Origin: Tsukamurella sp. 8F
GTDB lineage: Bacteria > Actinomycetota > Actinomycetes > Mycobacteriales > Mycobacteriaceae
Reading direction: 5' to 3'
DNA length: 24,000 nt
Assembly (NCBI RefSeq): GCF_029167375.1
Contig: NZ_JARFTP010000011.1
Location: 41,710-65,709 of the forward strand
Part shown: positions 7,781-15,027 of the stretch, in pieces
How the letters are laid out: every line of letters starts with the position of its first letter
Numbering within the stretch: the first letter of the stretch is position 1
Position numbers and translations under genes: made by a program
Notes under the pieces: generated by a model
Database searches by the model: none
What the model was told of the DNA's origin: nothing
Seen by the model: the letters and a program-made list of their open reading frames with translations, nothing else

Positions 7781-8619
7781 TACCGAGGCTTCACCTGGTA
7801 GACGTGCAGGTGGCGCGGCGCGCCTTTCGCCTTGAACCGGCGCGGCCGTAGCTGGTAGCGCTCGCGATCGGCGATGTTGAACACCGTCTCGGACGCAAGT
7901 ACCTGGCCGCCGTTCGCGGTCTCGGCCACACGCGCTGCGATGTTGACGTCGACGCCGATCAGATCGCCCTTCACGCGTCGCGGGGTGCCGGTGTGGAGCC
8001 CTGCGCGCAGAATCGGTTGGTAGCCCTCCGCTACGGCGATCTGCCCGACCGCCTCGATGGTCTCGAACGTCGCCTCGATGGCGGTGTCGCCGTCGAAGGC
8101 GGCCATCGCCCCGTCTCCCATCGTCTTCACCACGACGCCGCCGTGTCGGCCGATGACATCGCGCGTCGTACGGTTCACCGCTCCCAACAGTTGCACGATC
8201 TCGTCGTCGCTACGGTGCAGTGCCCATGACGAGAAGCTCACCAGGTCGGTGAACAGGATCGTTACCGGCTGCGGCGGCAGGTAGTCCCGGTCGCGCCGAG
8301 ACAGTAGGGCCTGCCAGGTCGAGGTGGCGATGTCGCCGAGCTCCCGGGTCACCGTCGCCTCGTCCCCGGCGATGCGGTCGAGGAGCGCGTTGAGGCGAGC
8401 AGTCGACTCCGACTCGGGACGGAACAGGTCCTTCTTGGGGCCGCCGGGCAGGTGCTCTCGCGCGGAGCGCACGAACCCGACTGCGGACTGGCTGTGGTTG
8501 AGGGCCCGGATGCCGCGCAGGCCTCCGGTGATTGCGGACCGCACCGGTCCGGGGGACTGGCCCGCGCCTGGCGGGGCCGTGACCCCATCGGGGGCGGTCG
8601 GCTCGATCTCGTCCGTCAC
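7777..8619 (-). CDS. Soluble class III adenylate/guanylate cyclase (280 aa)
   Basis: Cyclase homology domain blocks: ILFTDLVSFSSW, VVKTMGDGAMAAF, RAGLHTG, GVDVNIAARVAE. The ~100-aa N-terminal region has no TM segment. GTG start. Confidence 0.85.
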   Translation of the reverse strand: MTDEIEPTAPDGVTAPPGAGQSPGPVRSAITGGLRGIRALNHSQSAVGFVRSAREHLPGGPKKDLFRPESESTARLNALLDRIAGDEATVTRELGDIATSTWQALLSRRDRDYLPPQPVTILFTDLVSFSSWALHRSDDEIVQLLGAVNRTTRDVIGRHGGVVVKTMGDGAMAAFDGDTAIEATFETIEAVGQIAVAEGYQPILRAGLHTGTPRRVKGDLIGVDVNIAARVAETANGGQVLASETVFNIADRERYQLRPRRFKAKGAPRHLHVYQVKPRY

Positions 8620-8640
8620 GCCCCGATCATTGCAGACGCC

Positions 8641-8841
8641 TCAGCCGCAGGCGTCGCGTGCGTGCTCGGCGTCCGAGGCCTCAGCCGCGTAACGCGCACC
8701 GCACACCATTGCGTCGAGGTCCGCTGCCGCGTTGAGTAGCGCCATCCCGAACGCGCGCAGGCGCCGTTGCGGTTCCCGCTGTTCGGTGGGCCTGATCCCG
8801 AAGGTGAAATTCTTGCCGTGGACGTCGTAGTGGTCCAGCAT
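8641..8841 (-). CDS. Small hypothetical protein (66 aa) immediately upstream of the cyclase
   Basis: ATG is preceded by GGAGG with a 4-nt spacer. Third positions are G/C-biased. Its stop lies 21 nt before the cyclase start. Confidence 0.55.
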   Translation of the reverse strand: MLDHYDVHGKNFTFGIRPTEQREPQRRLRAFGMALLNAAADLDAMVCGARYAAEASDAEHARDACG

Positions 8842-8973
8842 GTCGCCTCCGCTCGCCTATGCGGCTGTCCGTTTCATCGGGTTCCCGCGTTGACGTGATT
8901 CACGCTACACACATCGCATCGCGATTAGGTGACGGGGATCACAACGTGTCGGAATTCGGCGTACGGTCAGGGT

Positions 8974-9156
8974 ATGTACGTAGAGACGCAGACCACGGAT
9001 CCCTGCCCGGTGTGCGGCCAGCTGCTGATCATGCGCCGCCCCTACATCGAGGAGGACGGCAATCGCATCTGGCAGACACCTCACGTGCACTGTCGGGTGC
9101 CTGGGCACTACAGCGCGGCGCGGCCTACCCGCCGGCCCGCGGAGGCGCACACCTAG
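8974..9156 (+). CDS. Small zinc-ribbon-like protein (60 aa)
   Basis: CPVCG ... HVHC ligand pattern. Third positions are G/C-rich. Divergent from the small-ORF/cyclase pair. Confidence 0.45.
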   Translation: MYVETQTTDPCPVCGQLLIMRRPYIEEDGNRIWQTPHVHCRVPGHYSAARPTRRPAEAHT

Positions 9157-9174
9157 AAGCACGCGGGCGCACGC

Positions 9175-9549
9175 CTAGAGGTAGGGGCTGGTGAGCAGTT
9201 CGATCCCGTGGCCGGCTGGGTCGTACAGGTAGAACCCGCGTCCGCCGTGCTCGTTGTTGATCGTTCCCGGTCGCTGCCAGAACGGGTCCGCGGCGTAGTC
9301 GAGACCACGTTCGGTAACGAGCGCGTGGGCGCGGTCGAAGAGGCCGTCATCCACCAGGAACGCGTAGTGCTGCATCTGTATGTCCGTCGGCGGCTCGGCG
9401 AACTGGAGGAGCACGCCGTCGGCGAGGGTGATGTTGGTGAATACGCCCCACGAGGGTGCGGGGCTCGCTTCGAGCAGATCGATGTAGAAGCGCGCCGACT
9501 CCTCGCGGTCTGTCGCGGCGATGATCGTGTGATTGAAACGTGCCGGCAT
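9175..9549 (-). CDS. VOC/glyoxalase-family protein
   Basis: MPARFNHTIIAATDREESARFY ... HYAFLVDD ... GRGFYLYDPAGHGIELL. The ATG at 9549 is preceded by GAAAGGA, whereas the longer 9588 start has no RBS. Confidence 0.75.
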   Translation of the reverse strand: MPARFNHTIIAATDREESARFYIDLLEASPAPSWGVFTNITLADGVLLQFAEPPTDIQMQHYAFLVDDGLFDRAHALVTERGLDYAADPFWQRPGTINNEHGGRGFYLYDPAGHGIELLTSPYL

Positions 9550-9736
9550 GAAGGTCCTTTCGGTCGATGAGATGTGACGTCGGCTCATCGACGCGGGGGG
9601 CCGCGGGTCACGCGGCCGCCGGGCGTTCCCTCCATGAGTGCCCGCAGGCGGTCCCGGTCTTCATGGTCGAAGAGTACCGCCGATTACGAGATTCCTGTGA
9701 CGGGAATTCTCAGCCTTGCTACGTACCGTCGCCGCC

Positions 9737-11143
9737 ATGGCTGTCGATGATGTGGCTACAGACACGCGTGTGTTGAGCGGATGGTCGCGCACGAATCGAG
9801 TACGCGGCGAAGTGCTCTCGACCCCGGACGTCGAGGTGATCGCACGTGCGGTGTCGCGAGCGGCCGACGACGCCGCAGACGGCCGCGGCGGGGGAGTGAT
9901 CGCGCGTGGCCTCGGGCGCTCCTACAACGAGTCCGGGCAGAACCGTGCGGGCCTCACAGTGGACATGACGCCGTTGAACCGGATCCACCGCATCGATGGC
10001 GATGAGCTGGTCGCGGACGTCGACGCGGGCGTGAGCCTCGACGCGCTGATGCGGGCCGCGCTGCCTTTGGGGCTGTGGCTGCCGGTGCTGCCCGGTACGC
10101 GGCAGGTGACCGTCGGCGGGGCGATAGCGCATGACATCCACGGTAAGAGTCACCACAGCACGGGTAGCTTCGGCGACCAGGTCGTCGACCTCGATCTCCT
10201 GCTGGCGGACGGCAGCGTGCGCACGCTGGCTCCCGGTGGGACGCCCGACGATCCCGGTGGGGAACTCTACTGGGCTACCGTGGCCGGACTCGGACTCACG
10301 GGCATAGTGCTTCGCGCGCGACTTCGCCTGCAGCGGACCGAGACCGCGTACTTCCTCGCGGACGGGGTGGTGACGGGCGATGTCGACGAGACGGTCTCCC
10401 TGCATCGCGACGGCTGGGGCGAGGCCGCCGATTACAGTGCCGGATGGTTCGACGCGGTGTCGCGCGGCCGTGGGCTCGGCCGCGGCTACTTCACCCGCGG
10501 GAGGCTCGCAACCCTCGACGAGCTGCCCGCGAAGTTGCGCCGGAGTCCGCTCGCATTCGACGCGCCCAGGTTGTTCACCGTGCCGGACATCTTCCCGAGT
10601 GGCCTCGGTAACCGCCTGACCTTCGGGCTGATGAGCGCCGGTTACGCGCGGACCGGCTCGGATTTCACCGGCAAGGTCCTCAACATCACCGACTTCCTCC
10701 ATCCCCTGGACTTCATGGGGGAGTGGAATCGCTTCTACGGTCGCAGAGGCTTCCTGCAGTACCAGTTCGTGGTCCCGCCTTCGCAACTCGACGATTTCGC
10801 GCCTCTGCTCGAGGCGGTGGCGGCGTCGCCGCACGCCAGCTTCGTCAACGTGCTCAAGATGTTCGGTGAGGGCAATCGGGCGCCGCTGTCCTTCCCGATG
10901 CCAGGGATGACCGCGACCTTCGACTTCGCGATCCGCCGTGGCCTGGACCGCCTCATCGCCGACCTCGACCGCCGCGTACTCGACATGGGCGGTCGGTTGT
11001 ACACGGCGAAGGACTCGTGCTTGTCGGCACACTCGTTCCGACTCATGTATCCGCGCGTGGACGAGTGGATCGCGGTCCGTCGGTCGGTCGACCCCGCAGG
11101 CGTCTTCGTCTCTGACATGGCGAAGCGCCTCGATCTCGTCTGA
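9737..11143 (+). CDS. DprE1-like FAD-dependent oxidase (paralogue of decaprenylphosphoryl-beta-D-ribose 2'-oxidase)
   Basis: Full-length collinear similarity by eye to Mtb DprE1. Shared blocks: ARGLGRSY, LPVLPGTRQVTVGGAIAHDIHGKSHH, GFLQYQFV, GGRLYTAKDS, MYPRVDEW. A TTG start at 9716 is also possible. Confidence 0.8.
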   Translation: MAVDDVATDTRVLSGWSRTNRVRGEVLSTPDVEVIARAVSRAADDAADGRGGGVIARGLGRSYNESGQNRAGLTVDMTPLNRIHRIDGDELVADVDAGVSLDALMRAALPLGLWLPVLPGTRQVTVGGAIAHDIHGKSHHSTGSFGDQVVDLDLLLADGSVRTLAPGGTPDDPGGELYWATVAGLGLTGIVLRARLRLQRTETAYFLADGVVTGDVDETVSLHRDGWGEAADYSAGWFDAVSRGRGLGRGYFTRGRLATLDELPAKLRRSPLAFDAPRLFTVPDIFPSGLGNRLTFGLMSAGYARTGSDFTGKVLNITDFLHPLDFMGEWNRFYGRRGFLQYQFVVPPSQLDDFAPLLEAVAASPHASFVNVLKMFGEGNRAPLSFPMPGMTATFDFAIRRGLDRLIADLDRRVLDMGGRLYTAKDSCLSAHSFRLMYPRVDEWIAVRRSVDPAGVFVSDMAKRLDLV

Positions 11144-11195
11144 CCGAGGCCGCTGTTCGTCGACTGGCCGGGCGCCGGCGAGGGGCATATCGTCG

Positions 11196-11993
11196 GTGAA
11201 CGTGTATGTCGTAGAGCGAGGGACCGGGACGCCGGTCGTGTTCCTGCACGGCTTCCCCGTCGATCACCGAATACTGCTGCCGCTCGACGGCGTATTCGAG
11301 CGGGCGGGTGGCTGGCGTCGCCTCTACCTCGACCTTCCAGGGATGGGCAGGACTCCCGTCGACGACGTCGCGAGTACCGACGACATCGTCGACGCGGTCG
11401 TCGTCGAGATCGACGCCCGACTGGGGGCAGCGCCGTTCGCCCTGGTGGGCAATTCTTTCGGCGGAATGGTCGCCCGCGCCGTCGCTGAGCGTCTGCGGGA
11501 TCAGGTTCTCGGGTTGGCGACGATCGCGGGTGCCGTCGTGGCCGACCACGCTCGGCGCACGCTGCCGGATCACACGGTGCTGCGCCGCGACGACGACGCC
11601 GTAGCGATCGCTGCTGAGAACGGCGCCGCACAAGACTACGTCGAGATGGCGGTGGTGCAGTCACCCGACGGAGCCCGGGCGTTCGTCGAGCACGTGTGGC
11701 CCGGCCTGGAGGCCGCCGACGAGCACGCGGTGGAGAGGATCCGATCGCGGTACGCCCTCGGTTCGGAGCCGGAAGACGCTGAACCCCTTGCTATTCCCAC
11801 GCTGTTCGTCACCGGGCGCCAGGACGCGACCGTCGGCTACCGGGACACGTGGTCCACGGTCGAGCACTATCCCCGGGCGACCTTCGTCGTGCTCGACTCC
11901 GCGGGACACAACGTCCATCTCGAAAACCCCGCCGTCACCGAGGCATTGATCGCCGATTGGCTCTCCAGGGTCCGCACAGAAGCCGAACGCTGA
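11196..11993 (+). CDS. Alpha/beta hydrolase
   Basis: TPVVFLHGFP oxyanion region and nucleophile elbow GNSFGG. C-terminal GHNVHLE carries the catalytic His. GTG start with GAGGGG upstream. Lies 52 nt downstream of the DprE1-like gene. Confidence 0.75.
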   Translation: MNVYVVERGTGTPVVFLHGFPVDHRILLPLDGVFERAGGWRRLYLDLPGMGRTPVDDVASTDDIVDAVVVEIDARLGAAPFALVGNSFGGMVARAVAERLRDQVLGLATIAGAVVADHARRTLPDHTVLRRDDDAVAIAAENGAAQDYVEMAVVQSPDGARAFVEHVWPGLEAADEHAVERIRSRYALGSEPEDAEPLAIPTLFVTGRQDATVGYRDTWSTVEHYPRATFVVLDSAGHNVHLENPAVTEALIADWLSRVRTEAER

Positions 11994-12004
11994 GCCTGCG
12001 TGGC

Positions 12005-12937
12005 TCACCCGACGGTGGGACCGGGGCGTTCGCGTCGTACTGATCGCTCACCGAGCCGCCGCCGGGGCAGCTGTTGGATAGGGCCGCACGCGCCGCGCGC
12101 GGTGAAGGGAGTCTTCATCTGCGCGATATACCCGGTGGGGTAGTCGGGCTTCGCAGCCATTCCCAAGTCGCCGGTGGTGAATCTGCGGTCGGGGTCGAAG
12201 TCGTAGGTTCCCGCGAGGTGGTCCCAGATCAGGGTGAACAGGCCGAAGTTCACATCCCCTGCCCCAGCGAACTTGATGTGGTGGAAGCGATGCCCCGCGT
12301 TGAGTGCGAGGACGCGTCCGAGCAGGCCCACTCGATAGTCGGCGTTCGAGTGCTGCATCAGTAATTGCACCGCGACACAGACCGCGAGCGCGGACGCGAC
12401 AGGGACGGGTATGCCCACGACGATCAGAGGCGCGACTCCGCCGAGCATCTCGAGGGTCTGGTGCACGGGGTGTTTCATCAGGCCGTTGAGCCCGTAACAA
12501 CGGGTCACGCTGTGGTGGACCGCATGCAGTCGCCACATCCACGCGAAACGATGGCTGGCCATGTGTACCAGGGTGATACCCATGTCCGCGGCCAGGACCG
12601 AAATCAGTACCTGCACCCAGAACGGCTGATCCGCCGGCCACCACGTGTGCCGGCCGCGCAGCGCCGCGAGGACGGGAATGGCCGCCACGCTGAGGAGAAT
12701 CAGTGACTCGTTCACGAAGACATGTATCGCGTCACGTAGCGAGTCCTCGTGGGAGTGGTTCCACTCCGGCCGATACGGGATGGCCCGCTCGACCGCGAAG
12801 GAGATTGCGACGGCTACCAGTACGACCCCGAGCAAGGCGATCTTGTGAACACCAGCGGAGGCCAGCCAGATCGCCAGACCGTTGATACCGAGGAGCATCA
12901 GAGGTGCGTAGGAATATCTGAGCGTTGTCTTGATCAT
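12005..12937 (-). CDS. Fatty acid hydroxylase / sterol desaturase superfamily membrane di-iron enzyme
   Basis: His boxes HSHED, HRFAWMWRLHAVHH, HSNADY and GHRFHH. Several hydrophobic segments. Confidence 0.8.
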   Translation of the reverse strand: MIKTTLRYSYAPLMLLGINGLAIWLASAGVHKIALLGVVLVAVAISFAVERAIPYRPEWNHSHEDSLRDAIHVFVNESLILLSVAAIPVLAALRGRHTWWPADQPFWVQVLISVLAADMGITLVHMASHRFAWMWRLHAVHHSVTRCYGLNGLMKHPVHQTLEMLGGVAPLIVVGIPVPVASALAVCVAVQLLMQHSNADYRVGLLGRVLALNAGHRFHHIKFAGAGDVNFGLFTLIWDHLAGTYDFDPDRRFTTGDLGMAAKPDYPTGYIAQMKTPFTARGACGPIQQLPRRRLGERSVRRERPGPTVG

Positions 12938-12984
12938 GCTTCGATCGTTCGTGGCGACACGCCTCGAGGGCTTGAACGGATCGA

Positions 12985-13731
12985 TCAGATCACAGTGATG
13001 CCGGCGGTCAGCTCCAATGGCGACAGGCCGAACATCTGACGACAGACTCGGGAGGCGTGTGCGCCGTCCGCGAACCCGGCACGGTGCGCTGCATCGGTGA
13101 TCGTTGCGCCGTCTCGGACGGCCCGGCCAGCTTCACGTAGGCGTTCCCAACGCACCCAGCTAGTGAAGGACAGTCCGAGGTCAGCGCGCCACAGTCGGCT
13201 CAAGTGCGAGCTGGAAACGCCTATCTGATCGGATACATGCCCGAGGGTGACCTTGCCGCCCAAGTCGCGTGAGACGGCATCGAGTGCCTGACGGACGTAG
13301 AGGTGCAGGTCGGTCGAACTGCGTTGCCATTCCTGCAGATGCTTGACCAACTCGAGCACTGCCGCATCCGAGTGCGTGCCCAGCGGCCACGATGCGGTGA
13401 TGTCCCGGCATGCATCCCACCAACGGAGTGGAGGATGAGCGCGCACGCGTTCGCGGATCTCGATGCCTATCGTCGTGTCCACATCCACGTAGATGCTCAC
13501 CGCTGCGGTTGCCGAATCGGTAGGAAGAAGTTTGTGACGCACGCCGCCGGGTACGACGAGATGGCAGGCGGGCCCGACAGATGCCCCTCCGACCTCGGCG
13601 CGAAGCGTCGACACCTCGCCCACGGTGAAGGCGAGCTGGTGGGCTGCATGTACGTGTTCAGTGGTCACGCCGACGCGACCGGCGTACACGAGCACACCCG
13701 ATCCCAACCACGCGCGTCCCCGCCAAGACAT
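12985..13731 (-). CDS. AraC-family transcriptional regulator (cupin N-terminal domain plus two HTH motifs)
   Basis: LGHVSDQIGVSSSHLSRLWR and ITDAAHRAGFADGAHASRVCRQMFG. Lies 47 nt upstream of the hydroxylase on the same strand. Confidence 0.85.
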   Translation of the reverse strand: MSWRGRAWLGSGVLVYAGRVGVTTEHVHAAHQLAFTVGEVSTLRAEVGGASVGPACHLVVPGGVRHKLLPTDSATAAVSIYVDVDTTIGIEIRERVRAHPPLRWWDACRDITASWPLGTHSDAAVLELVKHLQEWQRSSTDLHLYVRQALDAVSRDLGGKVTLGHVSDQIGVSSSHLSRLWRADLGLSFTSWVRWERLREAGRAVRDGATITDAAHRAGFADGAHASRVCRQMFGLSPLELTAGITVI

Positions 13732-13822
13732 GTATGGAACCTACTCCCGCCGTGCGGCTTCGACGTGCGGGTGCGGAAGTCGTCCGGCACATTGGAGATC
13801 AGCTTCCGACCACGCAAGTCTG

Positions 13823-13896
13823 TGGGGCAGGCGGGGCTCGAACCCGCGACCAGCGGATTATGAGTCCGCGGCTCTAACCGACTGAGCTACTGCCCC
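13823..13896 (-). tRNA. tRNA with CAT anticodon (elongator Met, or Ile2 if lysidine-modified); CCA not encoded
   Basis: Reverse complement folds as GGGGCAG TA GCTC AGTCGGTTA GAGC C GCGGA CTCATAA TCCGC TGGTC GCGGG TTCGAGC CCCGC CTGCCCC A (74 nt). Position 1:72 is paired and there is no GGG/CCC anticodon stem, so it is not an initiator. Confidence 0.9.
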
Positions 13897-14219
13897 GAAT
13901 CACCGTCCCCGGTTGCCGGGCAACGATGATCACCGCAGGTGAGAGTACATGACCACGTCCGCTGGCCGCACCATCGGGCCACGTACGGGGCGGGGGTACG
14001 GGCTGCGCGGCGGCGCGTTCGTCGAAAGAGGTTGTCCCGACTGTGCGTGCGGGCTTACGTTCGGAGAGTTCACTGGTTGCACGAACTGCACGGTCCGGAG
14101 GAAGTCCGGATGGCGTGACCCGATGATCCATTCGCGGATCCAGGCTCGGGCGCGCTCGTCACTTCGCCGTCGAAGAGTCCAGATGCTGCCGGGTTGCTCA
14201 CGCATACCTGGAGGTAGAG

Positions 14220-14651
14220 ATGGATTCCGACACGTTCACTGTGTACTTCGACGGCCAGTTCTGGGTGGGGCTGCTCGAGGTGACCCACGACGGCGAGTTA
14301 CGAACCGCCCGCCACGTCTTCGGTTCCGAGCCGACCGCTCCCGAACTGTACGAATTCGCCCTGCATGAGTACGGTCGCCTGTCTGCCGTCGCGCACTGTT
14401 CCCCACCCGTAGATGCGGGTGGCGCCGAGCGTCCACGCAGACCGAATCCCAAGCGGCTGGCGAGGCAGGTGGCAAAGGAGACGGGCCGGCCTCCCGTCAG
14501 CACCGCGGCGCAGGAGGCGATGCGGCTCGCGATCGAGTCCGGTGCCACCGCGCGGAAGCGCGAGTCCAAGATCCGACGGGAGGCCGACGGTGCCCGTCGG
14601 CGAGAGCTCGCCCGTGCCAAGGCGAAAGCGCGGCACCGCGGCCGTGCCTGA
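14220..14651 (+). CDS. YjdF-family / DUF2992 protein
   Basis: FTVYFDGQFWVGLLE ... Lys/Arg-rich C-terminal tail. GGAGG lies 5 nt upstream of the ATG. Confidence 0.7.
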   Translation: MDSDTFTVYFDGQFWVGLLEVTHDGELRTARHVFGSEPTAPELYEFALHEYGRLSAVAHCSPPVDAGGAERPRRPNPKRLARQVAKETGRPPVSTAAQEAMRLAIESGATARKRESKIRREADGARRRELARAKAKARHRGRA

Positions 14652-14705
14652 CGCGGATTCGCCGATCACTGCCCGCGACTGTCGGCCCCGTCGCAGACTG
14701 AAACT

Positions 14706-15014
14706 ATGAAGCGGTTGCGGACCTCCAAGCAGGTGGGGCTCGTGCGGGTCACGGTCGCGCCCACGATCCGGTCGGGTGCTCAGCGCCGGCGCTCCGGCGA
14801 CGACGAGGGTGGTCGCATCGCTGCGGCAGTCGCGCCGACGGCGAAGGCGGCCCGAGTCGCGGGCGCGAGGCTGAAGGGCACGACCCTGTCGGCTCCGACC
14901 TCGGCGCCGCCACCCATCGCACCGGCGGGCTGGTACCCGGACCCCGATAACGACGCGGCAGTCCGGTGGTGGAACGGGCGGAAGTGGACCCGCCGCACCG
15001 CGCCGCGGGTCTGA
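14706..15014 (+). CDS. DUF2510-domain protein
   Basis: C-terminal PAGWYPDPDNDAAVRWWNGRKWT motif. Third positions are G/C-rich throughout. There is no obvious RBS, so the start is uncertain. Confidence 0.55.
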   Translation: MKRLRTSKQVGLVRVTVAPTIRSGAQRRRSGDDEGGRIAAAVAPTAKAARVAGARLKGTTLSAPTSAPPPIAPAGWYPDPDNDAAVRWWNGRKWTRRTAPRV

Positions 15015-15027
15015 CACCGCCGCGGTG

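Noticed and set aside
7777-8841. Cyclase as part of a Pycsar- or CBASS-like anti-phage signalling system
   Set aside because: No adjacent effector with a cyclic-nucleotide-binding, TIR, TM or nuclease domain is present. The neighbours are a 66-aa ORF and an LpqN-like gene on the opposite strand.
8885-8915. CRP/cAMP-receptor box near the cyclase (cGTGAttcacgCTACA), and similar TGTGA sites at 9573 and 9696
   Set aside because: Only one half-site matches TGTGA-N6-TCACA in each case. The second half-sites match 3/5 or need N7 spacing, which is not sufficient to call them.
9719-11188. 489-aa ORF antisense to the DprE1-like gene
   Set aside because: It is a shadow frame. The plus-strand frame has full-length family similarity.
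13732-13896. tRNA-Met as the attachment site of an integrated mobile element
   Set aside because: No integrase, excisionase or phage genes are present, and no direct repeat of the tRNA 3' end could be found by eye. It is kept only as a weak GC3-based observation.
13823-13896. Initiator tRNA-fMet assignment for the CAT tRNA
   Set aside because: Position 1:72 is a normal G-C pair. The anticodon stem (GCGGA/TCCGC) lacks the three consecutive G-C pairs characteristic of initiators.
13930-14205. 91-aa minus-strand ORF with a superficially protein-like stretch (ERARAWIREWIIGSRH)
   Set aside because: Only about 55% of the first codons I checked by hand end in G/C, far below the 80-90% seen in real genes here. 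There is no RBS.
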